Virus record (IMG/VR): IMGVR_UViG_3300020016_000004
Coordinates: 1-64,000 of that record
Reading direction: 5' to 3' (one strand)
DNA length: 64,000 nt
Source: a virus
Taxonomy: Duplodnaviria > Caudoviricetes
Shown: piece by piece, positions 28,501-39,210 of the stretch
How the letters are laid out: every line of letters starts with the position of its first letter
Position numbering within the stretch: position 1 is the stretch's first letter
Made by a program: the position numbers and the translations under genes
Notes under the pieces: model-generated
The model's input: the letters and a program-made list of their open reading frames with translations, nothing else
Told to the model about the DNA's origin: nothing
The model's database searches: none

Positions 28501-30624
28501 GTATTCATCCGATTCTAATTCAGCTTGCTTCTGATATAAGTTTTCCTGTTCCTTGTTGCCGGATTTCTTTGCTGTTTCAAGATTTTCAAGGGCGGAATTT
28601 TTCGACTCCTCCGCTTTGGCGAGAGAAGAATAATCGCCCATCGGAACTTGTTTCGGAAGAGGCGCTCTCCTTATATCTTTAGCGATTGGTTTTTGCTCAC
28701 TAACCTTCCAATGCTTTTCAACTTCCTTGTATGCCTCTTCAAGACCGTCAGCCGCTAATCTGAACTGACCGTCACCCTCAACGTCGAAAACAACCTGTGT
28801 GGTCCCACTTGTTTCGTGGGTTGATGTTTCAAATCCCTCCTTTTCTAAAACTTTTTTAATTTCATTTTGAAAATCGGGAGAAAATTTTTCTACCTCCAAT
28901 ACGTCAACAACGGCAAGTTTCGCTCTCTGGATTTGTGAGAGTAAATCGTCTTTTTGAACCTTCAATGATACACCCTCTTTTTTTGCACTTGCTTTTGCTT
29001 CTGGTGCTTTCTCAATCACTTTGGATTTTATTTCTGCAAGCGATGGTTTTGACCTGTCAGACTTTACTTTTTTTATTACCTCATCAGGTATCTCCTGAAC
29101 GGTATTGTATTTCTTCCCAGTGCGTTTGTTGACAGAATTTAAAAGATGTGTTGCATTTGAAAAATCATTCTCTTTTGCAATTTTATTTGCTTCATTAATG
29201 GCGGTTTTTTCTTCGGCGGATTTTACAGATTCCTTTACTTCCGCCCGAGAAGAAACAACAGGAGGCTCTTCACCTCCTGCTTTCACAAGTGGTTCAGAAA
29301 TCAGTACTTCATTTTCCCCGGTTTGGGTTTCATCGCTGACTTCTTTTTCTTTTTTGCCATTGGCTTCAGATTTAATTTCGGAAACATTTGATTCCGCAGT
29401 TTCCGTAGGCGGAATTATTTCTTTTTCTTCACCCGCTCCGGCAGTTTCTTTCCCTTCGTTGCCCTGTTCCACTCCTTCACCCCCCCCGCTCCGAGTGCTT
29501 TCTTCCCCGATGGGCTGTTCACCCACCGATTTTGTGCTTTCGATTTTGCTGGCATCTACTTTTTTAGGATTTAATTTGTTTAACTGATCGAGAATTAATT
29601 TCTTTCCTTCTTCGCTCCTTGCAAGTGGCAATGCCTCCTCGAGTTTTGATACAGTTTCTATCTGCTTCTCCTTCGCTGCGAGTTCAACTTGCGTTTTTTC
29701 AATTTCGGGAGCGAATAATTTTTGTGCATCCTCTCCCATAATAGGAAGAGCGTTGTTCAAATCTTGCGTGAGTGCAATTTCTTTTTCTTTTATAGGAGCA
29801 AGATCGGGATGAGTATTGTCAACAACGACTTCTTTGGCTGCCTGTGCAATCTCCTCTGGTGTAGATTTTCCTATTGATTCGGCGGCTTGATTAACTTCAT
29901 CAACAGAAAGTTCCTTTCCGTTTTTAATTTTATCGCCGAGCAATCCTAATTTATGAAAACCAAGTAGCGTCACTCCTATATCGGCAAGTCCAAGCCCTGC
30001 TTTGCCTGCATCTGATTCGAGTAATTCAGGACTAAATTTTTCAGCAAGAGAAGAGATTGGAGCAAAAACGTAGTTGATATATTTTTCAGGAACAACTTTT
30101 CCTGCAAGTTCTGTTCCCATAGTAAAGGCGGCAACGGGTGGGAGCACATTCAGCATACCGAAAGCAGCCGTGGCAAGACCGTGAGCGGTTTGTAAAAGTT
30201 GCGTAGGGTTCGCTGGCATTCCAAAGGTAGAGTGTGTTGCTATTTCTTTTATTCCAGAGCCTACTCCATGTACAAGTGCTTTTACCGGAGATGTGGCAAT
30301 ATCGGCAGCGTCCTTTATTTCGTGATATGGAGTGCCAGGGATATTTGATAAAGCAGAAAGCGCATTCAGAACTCCCTTTTTTTCGTTCTTTCCTTCGTCC
30401 GATTTTCTACTTTTCGCCGACAATCCAAATGGTAAAAAAGAAGGTTTTATTAAGGTCTCACTGACTAAATTTTTCTCTGCCTCTGTTTGTGGAGGGTCAA
30501 TGGTGGGGATATCATTATCGGCGGATTTTTTAGAATCTGATACAGGAGCGGTCTCGTCCCATGAAGGAGAGTTATTTTCCACCTCAGTTGTTTCGTCCCA
30601 TGAAGGTTGATTCCCTACTCCCAT
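25528..30624 (-). CDS. Large internal virion/ejection protein (1698 aa)
   Basis: Helical, K/E/A-rich; last and largest of three genes after tail gene; no NADFDGD RNAP motif seen. Confidence 0.65.
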   Translation of the reverse strand: MGVGNQPSWDETTEVENNSPSWDETAPVSDSKKSADNDIPTIDPPQTEAEKNLVSETLIKPSFLPFGLSAKSRKSDEGKNEKKGVLNALSALSNIPGTPYHEIKDAADIATSPVKALVHGVGSGIKEIATHSTFGMPANPTQLLQTAHGLATAAFGMLNVLPPVAAFTMGTELAGKVVPEKYINYVFAPISSLAEKFSPELLESDAGKAGLGLADIGVTLLGFHKLGLLGDKIKNGKELSVDEVNQAAESIGKSTPEEIAQAAKEVVVDNTHPDLAPIKEKEIALTQDLNNALPIMGEDAQKLFAPEIEKTQVELAAKEKQIETVSKLEEALPLARSEEGKKLILDQLNKLNPKKVDASKIESTKSVGEQPIGEESTRSGGGEGVEQGNEGKETAGAGEEKEIIPPTETAESNVSEIKSEANGKKEKEVSDETQTGENEVLISEPLVKAGGEEPPVVSSRAEVKESVKSAEEKTAINEANKIAKENDFSNATHLLNSVNKRTGKKYNTVQEIPDEVIKKVKSDRSKPSLAEIKSKVIEKAPEAKASAKKEGVSLKVQKDDLLSQIQRAKLAVVDVLEVEKFSPDFQNEIKKVLEKEGFETSTHETSGTTQVVFDVEGDGQFRLAADGLEEAYKEVEKHWKVSEQKPIAKDIRRAPLPKQVPMGDYSSLAKAEESKNSALENLETAKKSGNKEQENLYQKQAELESDEYKYSLDKHETNIATVKRIESDIAENKFNDLYEVDRLLRLPELKNEVAKFEGEKLPNEKPNYTLAKESLEKILDKKTAEHEKFSEKFKKQDGTFKKNISKSDQSRLDREVSEIADLKTKLAEVRSKEKSALVEEKIDKQNELKEKQKAKIASGVNGVVNKFGVKKNLTPEEQTKLFDDLKNIVEGSIGLGGITLKEAIAHVIQSVKETKWYQDFSKEDKVHAEEVVEKVAKSFEREEIKGITKEELKKEWDRIGIDEDFKDGLKQDFGKLADEAKSKIETGRVNADELAQEYADNINKPVSDENLALLLTRKRQLQNQIDDIAQEPDTPENRITAAAIQDRYETLLRGVNNATTTSGRALRSVQMALEKDFSLATMKAQIKNIKGEPLTEAEIAHIESLHKEIQELRKKNEEYEKKISELGSENEALRDLIKDSEKEKKRSPRTATKEYLKKDRENLYVQLYRIAKKQRAKLSANPIPVEMIPVLTKLAKNYIKDGIVSAEEIASNIHDKLRGAITGLTVDHIKESLFKKKQKPVLDRERLALKAAEKKAQDKFNLLKREYEKKNRGKGERVRDALLKWQRFAILSGVKTLGKLTAAATARQFLTSTIEEGIGWGIGKAVPKVAKDAPREGGYNAKAEAKNITEAFKKATYKDIWETAKAGKGELDQLFGRSSLPPEALDFFGQLHSALKTMPKRGEFFRSFEKRMEHAIRNGADASDPLVQAEIGAKAYEDAQRTIFMNENNVVTAYQGFLKILENKGAGSVATGFRLLLPIVKIPSNFVAETSSYLAGGLKAANVLRKGVENLTPEQKDYVLRNLKKQTLGATLLTIGYMNADKIGGYYQPGKKKKDDIHFGDVDFLGVKIPHVFLHAPALEMLQFGATIKRVQDKMLGKHKTAAEALEKGMGASTWGLAEQQPFIGEAARTTQDLKNGGTAYAVGDIAKGFLVPRLIQETAEFMDKDEMGEIQKRKPEGVLENLQTGIPILREQIKKKK

Positions 30625-32096
30625 TTAACAAATTGTTTTGTTTCAGAATTAAATAACCCGATTCTTCCATCTTTTGTTTTGCGAGCTACCAAGTTTGACT
30701 CATTTGTCTGATCGCCTCCGGAACTTTTTTTAGTAGAGGAAACTGTCTTTTCTCTTATTGTTCCTGTTTTGTTGGTTCCGCGTTCAAGGGTTCCGGTTAC
30801 GGCAGAACGAACCTCATACGGATTTTTACCAAACTCCGCTTTTATCTTGTCAGCATTTTCGGGAATATATGGAACTGATATCTCTGTTGTTTCGGTAGTG
30901 TATTTTTCGTTTCCATTAGCATCCTCCTGTGTTGTTCCGTCTGCATTTTTTAGGGGAATTTTGTTTTTATGGGCCACTATCAAAACAGCTTTCCCGTCTT
31001 TAGGTATTTCAAAACGGAGTGGCACACCTTCTACCGTTTCTCCACCAGACTTTCCGCCCTTGAACTCCATCTCTTTATTTTGTGTGGCATCTTTTTTAAC
31101 GAAAGTGAAGACTTCCTTTCCGCTTGAATCAGCGTTGTACTGCCAGATATTGTCACCATCACGATAGGTATTTCCTTCTACCTTCCACTCCTTATTTTTA
31201 TCTGCCTGTGTTTCTCTCGGCGGATTGTCGGCATACGGATGAAGCCTACTTTGTGTGCCGAACTTTCCAGCAGCCCATTCCCTTGCAGCCGCCCGAAGAG
31301 CATCCGTAGCTCTATGCTGTTCATTGGGATCGCTGCTGTTAATCAATTTTGCATCGGGATATTTTTTCTCGATAACATCACCATATTTATAACGGAAGGT
31401 TTGAAGCGCATCTACATCATTTAAAATATCATCCGCCGTTTTATCAATAGCATCCGCCGTTGGCGCCGTGATTGTTTCCTGCCATGCCCTACGATTTCCT
31501 GTTGCAACGTCGGGAATATATTGAACCTTCCCAAGCCTTTCCTCGGTGAGTGTTTTGTATTTATCTGGTATCTGCGAGAGATTGACTTCTTTGATCGGAG
31601 GAAGATCGAACCCGTATTGAGGTGTGGTGATTAGTCCGTTGTTCATGTCGGCAAGAGAGGCCCATTGCTCACTTGTGGTTTCCATATTGTTTGCCGCCGC
31701 CATAATTTTCTCGCGATTAGGAAACAATATTCCTTCTGTTTGCGAAACTTTTTTTAGTGTAGAGTTAGCACTGAGTAGCGGGTTGATCTGTTCCTGGTAC
31801 TGAGCCTTGTTTGCCTCCCATATATTCCTGGCTTTTACTGGATCTCCCACACGGTTTTTTATTTCTACATAATCATTGGCAGCTTTCTTCACCACCTCGC
31901 CGACTTGTTTTGCATAGACCGGATAGAGATTGTCTGTACCAAGTTTGAAATCGTCTAAATTTATTAATTTTTCAGGTGTTTCTTTTCTCTTGTACCGTTC
32001 GGTCGTGGCGTATGCACGTAAAGCGGTAGAGGAGTAATCCGGACCGCGGCCGGAAATGCTTTTGCCTATGCCAATATTTGAAACTACATCAGCCAT
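30615..32096 (-). CDS. Internal virion/ejection protein
   Basis: Position and composition. Confidence 0.55.
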   Translation of the reverse strand: MADVVSNIGIGKSISGRGPDYSSTALRAYATTERYKRKETPEKLINLDDFKLGTDNLYPVYAKQVGEVVKKAANDYVEIKNRVGDPVKARNIWEANKAQYQEQINPLLSANSTLKKVSQTEGILFPNREKIMAAANNMETTSEQWASLADMNNGLITTPQYGFDLPPIKEVNLSQIPDKYKTLTEERLGKVQYIPDVATGNRRAWQETITAPTADAIDKTADDILNDVDALQTFRYKYGDVIEKKYPDAKLINSSDPNEQHRATDALRAAAREWAAGKFGTQSRLHPYADNPPRETQADKNKEWKVEGNTYRDGDNIWQYNADSSGKEVFTFVKKDATQNKEMEFKGGKSGGETVEGVPLRFEIPKDGKAVLIVAHKNKIPLKNADGTTQEDANGNEKYTTETTEISVPYIPENADKIKAEFGKNPYEVRSAVTGTLERGTNKTGTIREKTVSSTKKSSGGDQTNESNLVARKTKDGRIGLFNSETKQFVKWE

Positions 32097-32809
32097 TACC
32101 TATAACCTCCCGTATTTTCCCAGTCCGTTGTTCCCTGTGGCGGCAATCCTGGAGAAAGCGAGTTTGTGGGCTGTCCGCCGACACCCATCAACCTTTTATA
32201 CCATCCGAATTGATCATTATTTGTATCAAAGACATGATTCTGATCTTGATTGTCAAGCACCCCGGCAGTTATTAAAGTATTCCCAACACCCATTAACCGG
32301 CTACGACTATCTGCTACCCCCTGCCCAAGCGCATTTTCTGCCATTAATCTGGTCTGTTGCTGAGTGCGAATATTATTGTTGGCGATGTTTTGAAGGTTTT
32401 GAGAAAAGGAGTCTGCGTATCTTTCTTTGCTTAACTTCAACTGAGCATCACGCTGCGCAAAATCACCGAGAGATTTTTGATTGCTGATGTTCTGCGTTCC
32501 GGCGATAACCCTACCAAGCGCACCACCACTTGCATCCATTGCCCGTTGCGTCTGTGTGTTTATATTCGATGCATTCTGCTGCATCCATGCTGCTTTTTCT
32601 TGCGGAGAGAAGCCGTAGCGAGCGCCAATATTGGCTCGTTCCCTGGACGCTCTCATCTGAGGGTCTTCCGACTGCAATGGGAACTTCTCTTTGTGAAGAT
32701 TTTTCATTGCATTAAGTCCTGTGAAGAGACTGTATATCCCCTCTAATCCTGTTACTCCTGCAAGACCATAGAGTAGGGGTGCTATCGAATTTTTCTTTTC
32801 ATCTGCCAT
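32096..32809 (-). CDS. Small ejection protein with N-terminal hydrophobic helix
   Basis: IAPLLYGLAGVTGLEGIYSLF, Q/A-rich helical body. Confidence 0.6.
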   Translation of the reverse strand: MADEKKNSIAPLLYGLAGVTGLEGIYSLFTGLNAMKNLHKEKFPLQSEDPQMRASRERANIGARYGFSPQEKAAWMQQNASNINTQTQRAMDASGGALGRVIAGTQNISNQKSLGDFAQRDAQLKLSKERYADSFSQNLQNIANNNIRTQQQTRLMAENALGQGVADSRSRLMGVGNTLITAGVLDNQDQNHVFDTNNDQFGWYKRLMGVGGQPTNSLSPGLPPQGTTDWENTGGYR

Positions 32810-32835
32810 TGTGGGGTAAATTTAATTTTTATTTG

Positions 32836-35800
32836 TTATGATTGATTTCTTCTCGGGCGAATTTTTGATGGCATGCTCATCTCCACTAACTTTTGATATT
32901 CTCGAGGATCAAAAAACATTTTTACTAAACAATAATCTCCAATAATAAAACTTGTGTCCTCGTTATTTGCTGCCCCTGTTGATGAGGTGGTGGTATCCAT
33001 GCGGATTCCGGCGTCGTAATTCATCTCACGGAAAGTAAAGTCTGCGGCTACCATGAAGGTCTTTTGTCCCATGCTCCCTTCCACCTCTACTCTGACGGGC
33101 ACTTTCGATGTTCTGAATCTCACCGCCAAAAATCTTTTTATGTCATCCATCTGGGCGTTAATGACAAAGACATAGTAGCCGGATTCAACCTGATCAGAGT
33201 ACCATACAAGGAATTCACCCCTTCCGTGTTCAAATGTTCGACCCTCATTTTCCTTTGGTCGTGGAGAAAGATATGTGTTTTTCCATGTGAGGTATATCTT
33301 AGGATGGAAAGAATAGAAGGTGTCGAACTTGTTTGTCGTTTCGTTGAACACCACCGTGTAAATATTATACACTCGTGGGTCGTTCCAGAGATATTTCCAT
33401 GTCGGCGGATAAAGAAGAACCCCATCACTCGGCTGATCGGTATTTCCACTCACCAGCGATTCATAAAAATCGGGGAATTCTTCAAAAGTTTCTGAACTAC
33501 CATCCTGAACAATACTTCCGGAAGAATAGATATTTACCACCGTTGTCGCTGTCGCCGTAGCCCCGGATGATGCCCCGGTGATCACCTCTCCAACCTGGAA
33601 GAACTGACTTGCATTAACAACAAACATATAGTTATTGCTGTTGGCGGTAAGGGTAATCACTCCGCTACCACCCATATCACCAGAGATATTCTCGCCCGAT
33701 GAAAAGGCTCCGGTGAGCCCTGTAAAAATTATCTTATATGCACTCTCGCCAAAAGGAGTTTCTGTCCATTCTGCTATCCCAGTTTTCCATGCGCGTACCG
33801 TCCAGATAGCTTCTGTATTTCTATCGTTCCATACTCCATGTATTCCAAGACCGTCGGCAGGGGTGTCGTAGAGTCCAGCGAATCTCAAAAATTCGCCGAA
33901 GAAAGAACTCATCCCATGCACATCAGAGATACACACCGTCCCGTCCGATGGCTCAAACCTCATCACCCTCCTGTAATCAGAAGACATCCAGTACACCACA
34001 TCTTTACCGGCTTTTGTCTTTCCCTTTATGAGTCCATACCTGTGTTTTGAACCATAGGTAGATAAGGTGCGGCCCTTCTGTGTCATTATCCCCGCATTAC
34101 CCATGATAACATCGGTATTGCTTGCCACAAGCATACCCGTGGTATTAAAATACTGCATTTCAAAATGCCTGTCCTGCCATGACATCAGCTCTCCATTTAC
34201 ATTCATGATCTCGGTAATCTGACCATGGCTCAACTGCAGGTCGCGGAAATTTAATGGTAGGAAGGTACGGTAGTTGTCTACCACCGAGTTTTCAGGTTTT
34301 AAATCAGAATACGGTATATGTGCTGGCTGATCGGTGGCTACGGGCTGGTTGGGATCAAATACAGAGTCTGCTATCACTCCGTTTTCTATGTTATATCCGG
34401 TGTTGTATTCGGGAACCACATCAGAATCTATGCTTTCAAGCCATGCTGAGTTGGTGATAGCCGGGTACCGGTTCTGGTTACTCTGTGTAATATCAGTATT
34501 TCTCATCTGGGTATTCACCCTGTTCTGAGAGTAAAAAGAAAACCCGCCACCAAAGCCAGTTTTAGCGTAGTTATTCCCACTTATATCAGCATTACTCGTC
34601 TGTGGCATAACGTGTTTGATATAGCTTTTTTGTGTAAAGCAATCTCCACCAAACATGGCAAGCCCTGTTACCGCCGATGGAGTATCTGATGTTATCTTGT
34701 AAACAAGCCCTGTAGGAACCGTTTTCACGCTTGTTACATTTCCGAACTTGCCGCTACCCTTAAAGCGATAGTGCTGCACCCGGTACACCCCAAAATCCGT
34801 GTTTCCGGCTCCGTTCACATCCGTTAAATCATCGGTTGTGGTGATAACGGGGGATGTTGGGTTGTCATAAAGGAAAGACGCCGATGGTATTAAGTCGCCA
34901 AAAAGTCCCACGATAAGGCCAATATTTTTTGTAAAAGAGACGGCATTAATTGTAACCGTTGACCCTTGCGCTACATCCTGTCCGGCTACTATGTTCACTC
35001 CGCTCGGCGGATTGGCAACCGAAGGCGCCTGATATGTGTTAGTGTTGACAAAACCGTTAAATTCTCGCAAAGAAGAGTAGATAGCACATCCACCCGCCAC
35101 CCCTTGAACACCCGTTGCATTTACCAGCAGTTCGCCTGGGCTTCCATAGTTTATGATAGAATCTCCTGCCACAAGAGCAAAGCCAGAGTTTACAAAAAGA
35201 TATTCAGGAGAATAGAAAGCAAAGAATTTTCTGTTGGTAACATAGTTAGCCGGAAACCCCCATAAAGCTATCTGATAGGCGTATGCATTATAGTTGTAGT
35301 CAACGTTATTTGGGGTTGCTGACGTTCCGTTGATATCATAAAACCATTCACCTGAGATAAATGGAAATTCTATGAGCGGTGGTGTAGTCGCAAAAGCGGG
35401 GGTAAGTTCAATGTCAATATTGGCATCGTAAGGTGAACCTGTTTCAAAAGATATTAGAGCATCGGCGGACATGGCAGCTACCCCGTCCGCCCGAACCTCA
35501 ATATAATCATCAATCATTTCAGGACGCTCAAATATGATCTCATCAATTAAGTCTCTGGCAGGAACCCCATCAATGAGAAAATCCACATTGGGCATGTTTA
35601 GTTCGATATACGGAACATACACATCATTGCCGCTGGCATCTGTCAGATCGTAGCTGGCAAGAGCAGCGCCCACCCTTCTGTCATCAGTTGGATTAGCTAT
35701 TATATTGGTAACAAGGGTGTCAATACGGATATAGTCAACCCAAAAACTTTGTGTGACAAAGCCTGTTTTTAGCTTGGCTTTGGCATAAACGGCATATATC

Positions 35801-37824
35801 TCGTTAAACATATATCCCATTTTTCCATATACGTTGAAGGGGGTGATGTACTCGCCGGATCGGTAGGTTCCAGACACAGGAATGCGTACACCGTCAATAG
35901 TATCTCGTTTGATGGTATGGGTAATGGTGGCAAAAAAATCTGATAGATCAATGGGCGCCGACGAGGTTGTGTTGGCAAGGACAAGGTGGTTGTCTACTCC
36001 TGCAATATTTTCTGCCGTCAGTATATCATTAAAAACCGCCGAGAAATTTGCAACATCAAAACTCTGCACCCCTGTTTCAAGTCCTGTATGAACGATTTGT
36101 TGCGTGGGCTCTTGTGTGAGTAGGTCCCGCTTTATAACATATCCAATGGGAACGGGACTGCCATCCACATAGTAAAGACCGATAAGCTCCACGTATTTGA
36201 ATAGGTTAGGAATAATACCGGTTATCTCCAATATGTTTTGTTTTCCCGTGACGGTAAAAGAGTCATTACCCCCTATAAGAGGAAGACTGGCTGAATTAAG
36301 ATTGATAGCATTTTCAACACATACATTAACAGGGTTGGTAGGATCAGTAATCATGGTAGGAGAAAAGTTATCGGTGAGCATGCGCACGGCATACCTCCAA
36401 TTTCCGGCTTCTATTCCCCCTCCTGTCTGAAATTGGTTGACCCACGCAACATCAAAGGTTGATGTGTTTAATATCAACTGAATCTCCTGCGCTATGCTCC
36501 CATATTCATAAATGCCAAGAGGGTTGATGTAGCTCAATGCTCCATCGGCCACATATGCGCCAGTATAATAAGTCACCCGGGGAACATTGTTTTTCCCATC
36601 CACATAATAAAGGGACTTTAAAAAGTTGTTGCGCTCGCAGAATGTTTTTATCTGGTGCTTGGTGTTGAAGTTAAACTCCCGGCTTCTTATCAAAGTCGTG
36701 TATGTCCATATTTGCGTGTTCTCGTCCTGAACAGCTACGCCTATCTCGCCAAGCCCGACTGTATTGATTGTAAGGTTTCCGCCCGATACAGATTCTACAT
36801 CTGCCGTTACCCCTGTGCCGTTATCAATGTCTGTTATCGCCAGATCAAACCAATTCCCAGACGTTATGGTAAATGTGAGAGAATCAAAACCATTGTCACC
36901 TACCACCGTTCCTACTGCTCCGTTAGAAGCTGTTATAGTGTCGGCGGCAGCAAAGGTTCCTCCGGCAAGATTTGAATAATTTAACCTTATTTGAAAAGCA
37001 TTTGCAAATGCAGACCCCTGCAGGTCAATATGTGTAGCATCAACAAGGGTAGATATCCAGTTTCCGTTTGCCTCGGTAGTTCCTATGACCCCCGAAATAA
37101 TACTGTGCGTATAATCGGGTAGGTCTGTGGTGTCTTCCAATGTTATCCGGATCAGACCCGTTCCGTCATTAGTGGCATCGAGGATTCTTAATACACTTGG
37201 TATATTGTGCTGGTTGGTGCTCCATACGAATAAATCTCCAAGAAGATCATAGCTGCCAATAGTTACAAGCTGACCGGACAAGGAAGCGTCAATAGCTTCT
37301 TGTATGATGATAGGCAATGGCTCGTCAACAGCACCGGTGAGCATGATAGTGTAATCCCAAAAGAAGACAGCCGTAAAGTCAAAAGAAAAATACCCCGAAT
37401 TTGCACTTGTCTGCACAAGGGGGCCCGGCGTATAGCCACCACCGAGGGTTCCCGTGATAGCGGTGATGGTATCTGCATAGGTAGCCGCTAAATCATTTGA
37501 CGTGGGGGTATAGGTAGATGTTCCTATGGTGAGTCCGTTGCCATCGAAAAACTCAAGTGTTCTTGCCGTAGGTGTCACCTGCGATGAGTCAAGGTAAATG
37601 CGATACATTTTATCCTGAGATGAAACAAACGGAAGGGTATATGCAAGAATATTCCCAATAACCACTTCTCTGTCAGCGGTTGTGGCGCCAACTGTTGTTG
37701 TTGACCTGTTGTTAAGAGAGTCGACAAAATCACCATTTTTCAGATAGCGCGGATCAATATCCTTCGCCATCCCGCCTAAGAGTGGCTTGAAAAGAAAGGA
37801 TATTATATTTCGCAGCGTTGCCAT
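32836..37824 (-). CDS. Major tail (nozzle/muzzle, stabilisation-protein-like) protein with inserted beta domains
   Basis: GGMAKDIDP...D.LN.R N-terminus, GLHGVWND, VFNE....FDTFYSFHP C-terminal pattern. Confidence 0.72.
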   Translation of the reverse strand: MATLRNIISFLFKPLLGGMAKDIDPRYLKNGDFVDSLNNRSTTTVGATTADREVVIGNILAYTLPFVSSQDKMYRIYLDSSQVTPTARTLEFFDGNGLTIGTSTYTPTSNDLAATYADTITAITGTLGGGYTPGPLVQTSANSGYFSFDFTAVFFWDYTIMLTGAVDEPLPIIIQEAIDASLSGQLVTIGSYDLLGDLFVWSTNQHNIPSVLRILDATNDGTGLIRITLEDTTDLPDYTHSIISGVIGTTEANGNWISTLVDATHIDLQGSAFANAFQIRLNYSNLAGGTFAAADTITASNGAVGTVVGDNGFDSLTFTITSGNWFDLAITDIDNGTGVTADVESVSGGNLTINTVGLGEIGVAVQDENTQIWTYTTLIRSREFNFNTKHQIKTFCERNNFLKSLYYVDGKNNVPRVTYYTGAYVADGALSYINPLGIYEYGSIAQEIQLILNTSTFDVAWVNQFQTGGGIEAGNWRYAVRMLTDNFSPTMITDPTNPVNVCVENAINLNSASLPLIGGNDSFTVTGKQNILEITGIIPNLFKYVELIGLYYVDGSPVPIGYVIKRDLLTQEPTQQIVHTGLETGVQSFDVANFSAVFNDILTAENIAGVDNHLVLANTTSSAPIDLSDFFATITHTIKRDTIDGVRIPVSGTYRSGEYITPFNVYGKMGYMFNEIYAVYAKAKLKTGFVTQSFWVDYIRIDTLVTNIIANPTDDRRVGAALASYDLTDASGNDVYVPYIELNMPNVDFLIDGVPARDLIDEIIFERPEMIDDYIEVRADGVAAMSADALISFETGSPYDANIDIELTPAFATTPPLIEFPFISGEWFYDINGTSATPNNVDYNYNAYAYQIALWGFPANYVTNRKFFAFYSPEYLFVNSGFALVAGDSIINYGSPGELLVNATGVQGVAGGCAIYSSLREFNGFVNTNTYQAPSVANPPSGVNIVAGQDVAQGSTVTINAVSFTKNIGLIVGLFGDLIPSASFLYDNPTSPVITTTDDLTDVNGAGNTDFGVYRVQHYRFKGSGKFGNVTSVKTVPTGLVYKITSDTPSAVTGLAMFGGDCFTQKSYIKHVMPQTSNADISGNNYAKTGFGGGFSFYSQNRVNTQMRNTDITQSNQNRYPAITNSAWLESIDSDVVPEYNTGYNIENGVIADSVFDPNQPVATDQPAHIPYSDLKPENSVVDNYRTFLPLNFRDLQLSHGQITEIMNVNGELMSWQDRHFEMQYFNTTGMLVASNTDVIMGNAGIMTQKGRTLSTYGSKHRYGLIKGKTKAGKDVVYWMSSDYRRVMRFEPSDGTVCISDVHGMSSFFGEFLRFAGLYDTPADGLGIHGVWNDRNTEAIWTVRAWKTGIAEWTETPFGESAYKIIFTGLTGAFSSGENISGDMGGSGVITLTANSNNYMFVVNASQFFQVGEVITGASSGATATATTVVNIYSSGSIVQDGSSETFEEFPDFYESLVSGNTDQPSDGVLLYPPTWKYLWNDPRVYNIYTVVFNETTNKFDTFYSFHPKIYLTWKNTYLSPRPKENEGRTFEHGRGEFLVWYSDQVESGYYVFVINAQMDDIKRFLAVRFRTSKVPVRVEVEGSMGQKTFMVAADFTFREMNYDAGIRMDTTTSSTGAANNEDTSFIIGDYCLVKMFFDPREYQKLVEMSMPSKIRPRRNQS

Positions 37825-38528
37825 TAACGGATGGTAGGATATAAAAAGGTGCTGTAATTTCCAGTTAAAAGAGCGACAGGAGCCGATGTATTGATGATCT
37901 GGTTCATCTTTTGTTTTATCTGCTCACGCGCCTGTTCAAATTTTCTTCGGGCGGCAAGACCCCTTACCCGGCTACCCTGTGCGCTACCTTTCCGTTGCCA
38001 CTCCTTCACCTGCATGGGTGTGTACATCTCCGGGTACGAAAGAGCGAAGTCTGCCGCCGACAAAAAAGAAAGCGCTGTATAGGCCTCCTCGTTGATAATT
38101 ACCAGTCCCTCACAATCGGTGTCTACCGCCTGATAAGCAATCTGAAATTCGGTTTCATCGCTCACGGCAAGAATAAAATAGGCTGTTCTACCTTGAATAT
38201 CGAGCAGATTGCTCAATGGATTGATTGCCTGCGATGAGGACACATTACACCCGCATTGAGTAAAAAACGGGAAATCCACGAATGTTCCTGGAATACATGA
38301 ATTGGAGGCCCGAAAAGCAAGGAGTCTTTTACAATCTTTGGGGAGTGAGAACTTGGAATCGTTAATCTCAACGGTACAATTTTTAATAATAAGAGTTTCG
38401 TTGGTTGACAGGTCTCTCGCGTTTTGCAGCACTATCGAAGATAACCACACGTCATTGTTGCTATCTGGCAACCTGAGTATTTGCTTCACATTTGCCAAAA
38501 CCTCTTCATACGAAATTATTGCATCCAT
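37824..38528 (-). CDS. Tail ring/adaptor protein (crAss-like)
   Basis: Position between head and tail genes; LPKDC..L motif. Confidence 0.6.
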   Translation of the reverse strand: MDAIISYEEVLANVKQILRLPDSNNDVWLSSIVLQNARDLSTNETLIIKNCTVEINDSKFSLPKDCKRLLAFRASNSCIPGTFVDFPFFTQCGCNVSSSQAINPLSNLLDIQGRTAYFILAVSDETEFQIAYQAVDTDCEGLVIINEEAYTALSFLSAADFALSYPEMYTPMQVKEWQRKGSAQGSRVRGLAARRKFEQAREQIKQKMNQIINTSAPVALLTGNYSTFLYPTIR

Positions 38529-39208
38529 CAGTGTCTCAATTTCCAGTTAGTGTTTTTAAGTGTCGGCGCCCCATCGTTACTATCCGATAGCGTGTCCGGC
38601 TGACGGGCAGAAATCTGATTCAGCGTTGACTGCTGAATATACGTTTCCATGAATTTTATCATATCTCCAGAAATTGGGTAGTCGCTCAGCTGCAGGTTAT
38701 AGGTAGGAATAAGCGTTGGGTTATCCCATACTGCAATAACCAGTGGCTTTTTAATTGTGTCACGTGAAACAAGTGTCATGATTAATCCTTCAATGAGCAC
38801 TCCGATGTATCTGCCGTTAGCGGGACTCATGTGAGAGTTCTTTAAAAAATCAGCCAGTTCGTTGCGTGATTTTATTCGGCGGAAATTTTTTATTTTTAAA
38901 ATCTTATCCCCACCGGTTCCACAGTACACAAGTCCATCACTTGCCTGATTTGCCTGGATAAACCCTGTGGGAAGCTCAAAGCGGGTATAACACAAGGAAT
39001 CCTGAAAAGTAGATTCGTATTCTGGATAATGGTTCTGCAGCGATTGTGGCGACCAACGCCTGAATTTTATAAAATCCTGACGAAGAATAAATGCCCTGGC
39101 ATCATGGATAATGGAATATAGATAGGAAGAGTCCAAAACTCCTTCATCGGTAGCTATGCCACCACCAACAAGCCTGTCAAGTTGTTCTGCTAATTCTGGT
39201 AGTTTCAT
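38528..39208 (-). CDS. Tail ring/adaptor protein (crAss-like)
   Basis: AVWDNPT, DYPISGDM at C-terminus. Confidence 0.6.
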   Translation of the reverse strand: MKLPELAEQLDRLVGGGIATDEGVLDSSYLYSIIHDARAFILRQDFIKFRRWSPQSLQNHYPEYESTFQDSLCYTRFELPTGFIQANQASDGLVYCGTGGDKILKIKNFRRIKSRNELADFLKNSHMSPANGRYIGVLIEGLIMTLVSRDTIKKPLVIAVWDNPTLIPTYNLQLSDYPISGDMIKFMETYIQQSTLNQISARQPDTLSDSNDGAPTLKNTNWKLRH

Positions 39209-39210
39209 AT

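Noticed and set aside
26270-29587. Long plus-strand ORFs antisense to the 1698-aa gene (e.g. 27170-27556, 27572-28201)
   Set aside because: Ser/Phe-rich antisense shadows of a K/E-rich gene, with no promoter or motif support
30615-30624. Programmed frameshift fusing the two ejection proteins
   Set aside because: The 10-nt overlap has a normal ATG for the downstream gene and no slippery heptamer or stimulatory structure was seen
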